Positions 8,368 through 12,217 of a DNA stretch of 12,217 bases are shown one piece after another; position 1 is the first letter of the stretch; the number at the start of each line of letters is the position of its first letter. A program made the position numbers and the translations under genes. The DNA comes from Synechococcus sp. (lineage in GTDB: Bacteria > Cyanobacteriota > Cyanobacteriia > Thermostichales > PCC-7336): positions 1 to 12,217 of the forward strand of contig JBFRWN010000006.1 in the NCBI GenBank assembly GCA_051439605.1, in the 5' to 3' direction. The notes under the pieces were generated by a model, which was given only the letters and a program-made list of their open reading frames with translations, was not told the origin of the DNA and did not search any database.

Positions 8368-8405
8368 GCTACCCCTCGGAGCGGCTGTACGAGGAGGTAG
8401 CCTGC
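8355..8405 (+). promoter_or_regulatory. Candidate programmed -1 ribosomal frameshift signal (G_GGG_GAG plus 15-bp stem-loop)
   Basis: G-run at 8355-8359 phased GCG GGG GAG TCG TAG. The stem pairs 8364-8378 with 8390-8405 (one G-U pair, bulged A8395, 11-nt loop). The -1 frame is open to 8513. Confidence 0.7.
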
Positions 8406-8513
8406 ATTGCCGCAAATTTTCACTGGTCGCTGGCGGATATTATTGCCCTCGATCATGGCGATCGCTGTCGGTGGGTGGCTGAGATTGAACGGTTGCTGCA
8501 ACGCGATCGCTAG
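8358..8513 (+). CDS. DUF6760-like domain (gpT-like), probably expressed as the -1 frameshift extension of 7972..8367
   Basis: GVVGYPSERLYEEVACIAANFHWSLADIIALDHGDRCRWVAEIERLLQRDR matches my recollection of the DUF6760 pattern (Y....L.EEVA.IA..FHW....I..L.H..R..WV.EI). The codons before GYP are GGA GTC GTA, with no ATG/GTG/TTG. The ATGs at 8310/8319 lie inside the upstream gene and add a non-family leader. Confidence 0.8.
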   Translation, partial: GVVGYPSERLYEEVACIAANFHWSLADIIALDHGDRCRWVAEIERLLQRDR

Positions 8514-8515
8514 TA

Positions 8516-8620
8516 TCTCATCGACTCAATAAATCGCCGGCCAAATAGAAATGGTTCTAACTTTCTCTGACTCACGAAAAAGTAGACCCAGCAGCCGCTC
8601 TGTTTTTGAATCTGTTCGGT
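8516..8620 (-). mobile_element. Possible heavily decayed terminal attC site
   Basis: Plus strand TCTCATC-GAC-TCAATAAATC-GCCGGC...GCCG-CTCT-GTTTTTGA-ATCT-GTTCGGT. It lies downstream of the stop of 8669..9139; one core is degenerate. Confidence 0.3.
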
Positions 8621-8668
8621 ATTGAGGGGCAATCGTAATACACAAATTGTCTTCGGTCCGATGTATTT

Positions 8669-9139
8669 CTATATCCCGATTCCGTAAAAGTAAACGGTGG
8701 TTGCTTCGGGGTCGGCAATTAAAGAGTGGGAACCAGAGCTAGTCCAATCATTCGACACATCCGCCTCGTAGCATTCCGCTTCTGTCATTGTATGAGGGTT
8801 CCACGGCGAAGAGAATTGGTCATAACCATTGGGGAGATCGAAACGGTCTTTGATATCGGCACAGGAAGTTTGCTCAAATCCAGTTGCCAAAATTGAAGCC
8901 AATACAGTTTTGTCGGCATTAAATCGAAGATAAATTCTGTAACCCTGCCAGGTATCGCCAACCCCCTCCAGCTGAGTAACTCCAGTGGGTACTGGATCGA
9001 CCAACAGATGAACGAACATTTCGCGCGGCGTATTGGCAGATGTTGGTCCGTTGGCCCGTTCAAGTCCAGTAAGTTCTTTGCAGCCGCAAAGCGAGATCGT
9101 GGCGAGCATTATTCCAGCTTTAAAAATCTGCCTTGCCAT
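8669..9139 (-). CDS. Hypothetical lipoprotein (cassette gene)
   Basis: 156 aa; GGAGG 6 nt before the ATG; signal peptide with lipobox ISLCG-C. Starts 17 nt after an attC-like GTTATGC core. Confidence 0.8.
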   Translation of the reverse strand: MARQIFKAGIMLATISLCGCKELTGLERANGPTSANTPREMFVHLLVDPVPTGVTQLEGVGDTWQGYRIYLRFNADKTVLASILATGFEQTSCADIKDRFDLPNGYDQFSSPWNPHTMTEAECYEADVSNDWTSSGSHSLIADPEATTVYFYGIGI

Positions 9140-9155
9140 TTTGGCCTCCGCATTG

Positions 9156-9239
9156 GCATAACGTTTGGCGTCACCAAGGTTAGGGAAAGTTCAAAGACTC
9201 AAAAAAGGTAGTGCGATCGAGTGCATGCACGAGCTGGAA
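9156..9239 (-). mobile_element. attC-like site (R'' core decayed)
   Basis: Minus strand TTCCAGC-TCGT-GCATGCAC...GGTGACGC-CAAAC-GTTATGC. The L'/R' half is intact; AAC has become AGC in R''. 84 bp, 23 nt after the stop of 9263..9670. Confidence 0.7.
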
Positions 9240-9262
9240 AGCGGCAGATTTAGGTTTATCCT

Positions 9263-9670
9263 CTAGTCCCACCAAAGGGTGATTTTCATAATTCGTGGAA
9301 GATCTCTTTCCATCACCTGTAAGCCAAAGTCTTCCGATTCTGGATCGAGTCCTTCTATCAACTCTAGATTTACAGGATCTACCTTTTGTCCTAGCTCCTC
9401 GGCCATTTCGAGCATTTCGGCAAGGCAACCGTATCCCTGTTCGATCGTATCGGGACAAAATTCATAGACTTCTTTGCAGAAATTAGAAAGATTATCTGGA
9501 AGTGAATCTAGCTTCAACTTAACCGTTGCGCCATTGACTTCCAGCACTTCAAATCTAAATCTATTTGACCAATCAATGAGACGATCCACTATGTCCTGTG
9601 TTTCGACATCATAGTTAATGCCGTTAGTGCCAACCTGCAGAATGTTCTCAATGGCCTCGTTCAGTTCCAT
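9263..9670 (-). CDS. DUF4253-like protein (cassette gene)
   Basis: 135 aa with EVYEFCPDTIEQG and terminal TLWWD, the DUF4253 signature as I recall it (E.Y.FCPD.V.QG...WWD). Confidence 0.8.
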   Translation of the reverse strand: MELNEAIENILQVGTNGINYDVETQDIVDRLIDWSNRFRFEVLEVNGATVKLKLDSLPDNLSNFCKEVYEFCPDTIEQGYGCLAEMLEMAEELGQKVDPVNLELIEGLDPESEDFGLQVMERDLPRIMKITLWWD

Positions 9671-9701
9671 CTGAATTCCCGAAAATTATAGCGGTTTGAT
9701 T

Positions 9702-9786
9702 AGCTAACGATGAGCGCCACCAGCTGCCAAAATCTTACGGTGAAGTAGGCAATCAAAAAGCATTCCAGTGCACGCAAATGTCAGAC
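9702..9786 (-). mobile_element. attC-like site (R'' core decayed)
   Basis: Minus strand GTCTGAC-ATTT-GCGTGCACTGG...CTGGTGGCGC-TCATC-GTTAGCT; 85 bp. Same L-box type and spacing as 9156-9239; AAC has become GAC. Confidence 0.7.
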
Positions 9787-9803
9787 GTCGTTGAATAGCC
9801 TAG

Positions 9804-9860
9804 GGGTAATGCAAAGATCGGCGGTATGCATAGCGCATTTGCTAGAGTGCCTAGTTAGAT
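9804..9860 (-). mobile_element. Short attC-like site (R' core decayed)
   Basis: Minus strand ATCTAAC-TAGGC-ACTCTAGC...GCCGATC-TTTGC-ATTACCC; 57 bp, 26 nt after the stop of the DUF1772-like gene; GTT has become ATT. Confidence 0.5.
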
Positions 9861-9886
9861 TTATTGCTATCCACTTCCGCACTTCT

Positions 9887-10390
9887 TCAGAGTCTGAATA
9901 GTAGAATTATTAACAGGACCGAGGCTAGGCTTGCAAAGGGTGTCCTGATTGAGTTCCATAGGTTCCAACGTGGTTCGAAGTCCATGCGAGAAGCTTTTTG
10001 AGTTGTTTCATCCATATCATCGACATTCAGAGTTTTCAGTTTGTTATTCAGCGGTACGTTAAAAGTGAAAGTCGGTAATTGGACGCAAAGAAGATAGGTG
10101 AGTACAGCGATGAGCATGAGCAGCCGTTCAGCTCCATCTAATTGCCCGATGCCAAGCACAGCAGCGATCGCCAATGCTATAGCTGAGCCTACCCAGACTA
10201 ATACAAAAATTGGCTGATTATTCTGGATAACGCGATCTATCACCTGAAAAGCTCGGATAAAGTCCCTATCGCTTAAACTGTTTATACCTGGCATGATAAC
10301 GATGGCAAAAGTAAACAGGAAGCCTGCTACCAAGGAACACAGAAATGTAGCCAAAATCAATGTAGTCGGAAAGATTAGTTCTGTTGACAT
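9887..10390 (-). CDS. Anthrone oxygenase family / DUF1772 membrane protein (cassette gene)
   Basis: Four hydrophobic segments; motifs LVAGFLFTFAIVIMPG, FQVIDRVIQN, TFTFNVPLNNKL, FEPRWNLWNSIRT. Start moved from the track's 10432 to the ATG at 10390 (MSTELIFP, 167 aa) because AAAGGA lies upstream of it and 10432 falls inside an attC-like site. Confidence 0.85.
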   Translation of the reverse strand: MSTELIFPTTLILATFLCSLVAGFLFTFAIVIMPGINSLSDRDFIRAFQVIDRVIQNNQPIFVLVWVGSAIALAIAAVLGIGQLDGAERLLMLIAVLTYLLCVQLPTFTFNVPLNNKLKTLNVDDMDETTQKASRMDFEPRWNLWNSIRTPFASLASVLLIILLFRL

Positions 10391-10419
10391 GGAAAAGTAT
10401 CCTTTCTGATATTCATGCA

Positions 10420-10544
10420 ACCTAACGCCCATAAGGTTGACTGTACGCCAAGACTAATAAGGCAAAGCCAAGGCTTTCAACACCTCATACGCTGCGGGAA
10501 AATGGTTAGTCCTAACCGATCCAACACGACATCACATGTTATTT
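10420..10544 (-). mobile_element. attC-like site (both cores intact, inner arms decayed)
   Basis: Plus strand ACCTAAC-GCCC-ATAAGG...TTAGTCC...CACAT-GTTATTT; 125 bp, between the GFA stop and the DUF1772 start. Confidence 0.55.
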
Positions 10545-10581
10545 TGAACGAACCAGTAGCGAAACAAAAAACCGTCCAGTT

Positions 10582-11007
10582 CTACTGCTTAAACGACGTA
10601 TTCTCTTCTCTAAGTAAGGCCATGAATTCTTCACCTGTGAGTCGCGGATGATCGCCTGCCAAGGCATACAAATCAGGCTTTTTGTCAATGTAAATTTCGT
10701 CTGCAAGTTTAAATGGTGTTAAGTCATCAAAAGTGCCCATCCAAAGCATATAACGATCTGGCTCTTTCAAGTGATAGAAAAGATTCGCGCCACACTGACT
10801 GCAAAACCCGCGTTCCACCCATTCCGATGAATCGAATCGAGTGATGTTCTGCTCACCATTAAAACTGACCCGACCAACACTCACAGAGAAAGTTGGGTCG
10901 CCGCTCCATCGAAGGCATATCTCACAGTGGCAACTATGAACATCCGTCTCTACTTCTTCGACAGAATAGGTAACAGCACCACACAAACAACGGGCTGTAG
11001 CTTTCAT
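10582..11007 (-). CDS. GFA family (CENP-V/GFA) Zn-binding protein (cassette gene)
   Basis: 141 aa: CLCGAV, CHCEIC, SS...RGFCSQCGANLF, EIYIDKKP; AGGGA upstream of the ATG. Confidence 0.93.
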   Translation of the reverse strand: MKATARCLCGAVTYSVEEVETDVHSCHCEICLRWSGDPTFSVSVGRVSFNGEQNITRFDSSEWVERGFCSQCGANLFYHLKEPDRYMLWMGTFDDLTPFKLADEIYIDKKPDLYALAGDHPRLTGEEFMALLREENTSFKQ

Positions 11008-11110
11008 TGAAACTTCCCTAAATTAGCGATCAACTTCGAGTTTACACTCGTGACTTATAATCATAATTACTCAGCAAAATTTAAAGTAAGCGCTGCACGA
11101 GTTATACAAG

Positions 11111-11202
11111 GGCTAATGGACTGCGTTTCGCCGGACGGCCATAGAGCCTGCGGAACAAGACATAATATATACTATCGTTCCGCATGCAAGCGATTGCTAA
11201 GC
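11111..11202 (-). mobile_element. attC-like site (both cores with one transition)
   Basis: Plus strand GGCTAAT-GGACT-GCGTTTCGCCGGACGGCCATAG...CTATCGTTCCGCATGCAAGCG-ATT-GCTAAGC; 92 bp, beginning ~10 nt after the stop of 11212..11877. Related to 11922-11983. Confidence 0.65.
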
Positions 11203-11211
11203 GTCTTTCAG

Positions 11212-11877
11212 CTATCGACTTGATTTAATCTTAATGTTTTGTTCTTTGATTGCCTCCATTAAGGATTTTTCTTGCTCCTTATTGCTATACTTTATTGCTA
11301 GTAAATAGACTTTATTGCAAAATGATGCATAGCTATCTCTTTTTATCAAAGGTATTACTATTTTTGTATATTCATCTGGCGTTTTAATTTCAGCCAATGA
11401 CGAAATATAAGCTTCCAGGAATTCCTGTTCATTACCAGGAATCATCCAACTCCCAAATTCATCTGCAAAGATAATTTCTTCGCCATATTCCATTTTTGCT
11501 ATCAGCTCGTAGAGAATCTTGAAAGATTCTACAGCAGATTTATGTTCTTTCTGGTTTGTTAGCTGCGAACTCTCTAGTAAAAGATTGCCTAGCTTCTCAA
11601 ACCATTCTTCTGTTTCTTCAGGAATATGAGAAAAGTTCTTTGAATTAATATCAAAGGGCGCATAGTATACCCCAGCCAATGAGTCTTTATAGAAGTTTTT
11701 TGATTCCTTTATAATACTCTTTGCTACAGTTTTTGATGGCTTAGATTCCTTCATCAGATCGCCAAAAATATGACGTCTTTGTTGAGTATTCGTTTCGTAA
11801 TATGCCGAGTGTAACAAATCAAGCAAAGTTGCTTTAGTTTGTCGCTTTAGTATTTTAAACAGTGCATCTTCATCCAT
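11212..11877 (-). CDS. Hypothetical protein (AT-rich cassette gene)
   Basis: 221-aa uninterrupted ORF in markedly AT-rich DNA, bounded by attC-like sites on both sides. No family recognised. Confidence 0.8.
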   Translation of the reverse strand: MDEDALFKILKRQTKATLLDLLHSAYYETNTQQRRHIFGDLMKESKPSKTVAKSIIKESKNFYKDSLAGVYYAPFDINSKNFSHIPEETEEWFEKLGNLLLESSQLTNQKEHKSAVESFKILYELIAKMEYGEEIIFADEFGSWMIPGNEQEFLEAYISSLAEIKTPDEYTKIVIPLIKRDSYASFCNKVYLLAIKYSNKEQEKSLMEAIKEQNIKIKSSR

Positions 11878-11921
11878 ATCAATATCAATTCTGTCCGATA
11901 TTACACTGATCTTTCAAAAAC

Positions 11922-11983
11922 ACCTAACAAATTGCATTTCAGCAGCAGGCCTAGGCCCTTTCCTCTTCAAGCGCGAGTTAGGC
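11922..11983 (-). mobile_element. attC-like site (both cores intact)
   Basis: Minus strand GCCTAAC-TCGCGCTTGAAGAG...GCTGAAATGC-AATTT-GTTAGGT; 62 bp. The R'' and R' boxes are near-perfect complements and match RYYYAAC/GTTRRRY. Confidence 0.75.
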
Positions 11984-12217
11984 GGTTCGTGCAGCTTGTC
12001 ACTACGCGTACGGCGCCCGCTCTTTCTAGCTAGTTTGTCTAGTAATTGCGGTTGCGATTAAAGAAGCGGAAACAAGGCCGGAGCCGATCAGATACTGTTG
12101 GCGAAGTCTATGGAGACGTCTGAGAGGCGATAAGGGTTAGGTTTGCCACAGAGACCCGGCAGGAGGAATGACTCGTGCTGAAAGCGAAACCAACTGGCCC
12201 AGTGCCCGAAGAAACTG

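Larger units (their letters stand above)
3..10171. repeat. Dispersed HIP1 octamers (GCGATCGC)
   Basis: Seen at 3, 1945, 2631, 8458, 8503 and 10164, plus many CGATCG cores. HIP1 is characteristic of cyanobacterial genomes. Confidence 0.85.
8516..11983 (-). mobile_element. Integron-type gene cassette array (CALIN or distal part of a chromosomal integron), degenerate
   Basis: Five short, unrelated, co-oriented genes, visibly more AT-rich than the CIS genes. Each is flanked by imperfect palindromes with RYYYAAC...GTTRRRY-like ends and L-box-like inner repeats. No intI or attI in the window. Confidence 0.75.

Noticed and set aside
4239..8501. Short alternative-frame and antisense ORFs inside the CIS genes
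   Set aside because: They lie largely or wholly within genes that have clear family motifs, and have no independent support.
4018..8513. Prophage or T6SS
   Set aside because: No capsid, terminase, portal or integrase, and no TssB/TssC split sheath or membrane-complex genes. The sheath, tube and DUF6760 set fits an eCIS-type locus.
10391..10432. Track's longer N-terminus for the DUF1772-like gene
   Set aside because: It starts inside an attC-like site, whereas the ATG at 10390 has an SD-like AAAGGA.
8785..10651. Small track ORFs 8785..9063, 9008..9211, 9180..9458, 9279..9467, 9295..9486, 10415..10651
   Set aside because: Antisense or off-frame to the cassette genes, or spanning attC-like sites; no coding evidence.
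11061..11107. Additional attC-like palindrome TCATAAT-TAC-TCAGC...GCTGCA-CGA-GTTATAC
   Set aside because: Only 47 bp with R-L spacing too short for a normal attC. It may be a remnant, so it is not called as a feature.
11984..12217. 3' end of a further cassette gene upstream of the last attC
   Set aside because: No minus-strand frame convincingly reads through to the attC, and no motif was recognised. It may be decayed or non-coding; flanking sequence is needed.

Overview
Probably cyanobacterial DNA (at least 6 HIP1 GCGATCGC sites), in three blocks. (1) 1-3650, minus strand: a lipoprotein solute-binding protein, then a >747-aa ORF missed by the ORF track (N-terminal domain, TM helix, pentapeptide repeats, sugar-type solute-binding domain) that runs off the left edge. 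(2) 4018-8513, plus strand: a contractile injection system (eCIS/tCIS-like) tail module with a sheath, three tube-family paralogues, two tail-assembly-chaperone-like paralogues and a DUF6760-like ORF, but no baseplate, spike, cap, tape-measure or ATPase genes. The last two ORFs meet at a G_GGG_GAG run followed by a 15-bp stem-loop, and the DUF6760 part has no start codon at its conserved N-terminus. This is the signature of a phage G/GT-type programmed -1 frameshift. (3) 8516-12217, minus strand: five small, unrelated, co-oriented genes separated by mostly decayed attC-like sites. This looks like an integron cassette array (no integrase in view), and its distal end abuts the stop codon of the CIS operon. 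All family calls are by eye from motifs; no searches were run.
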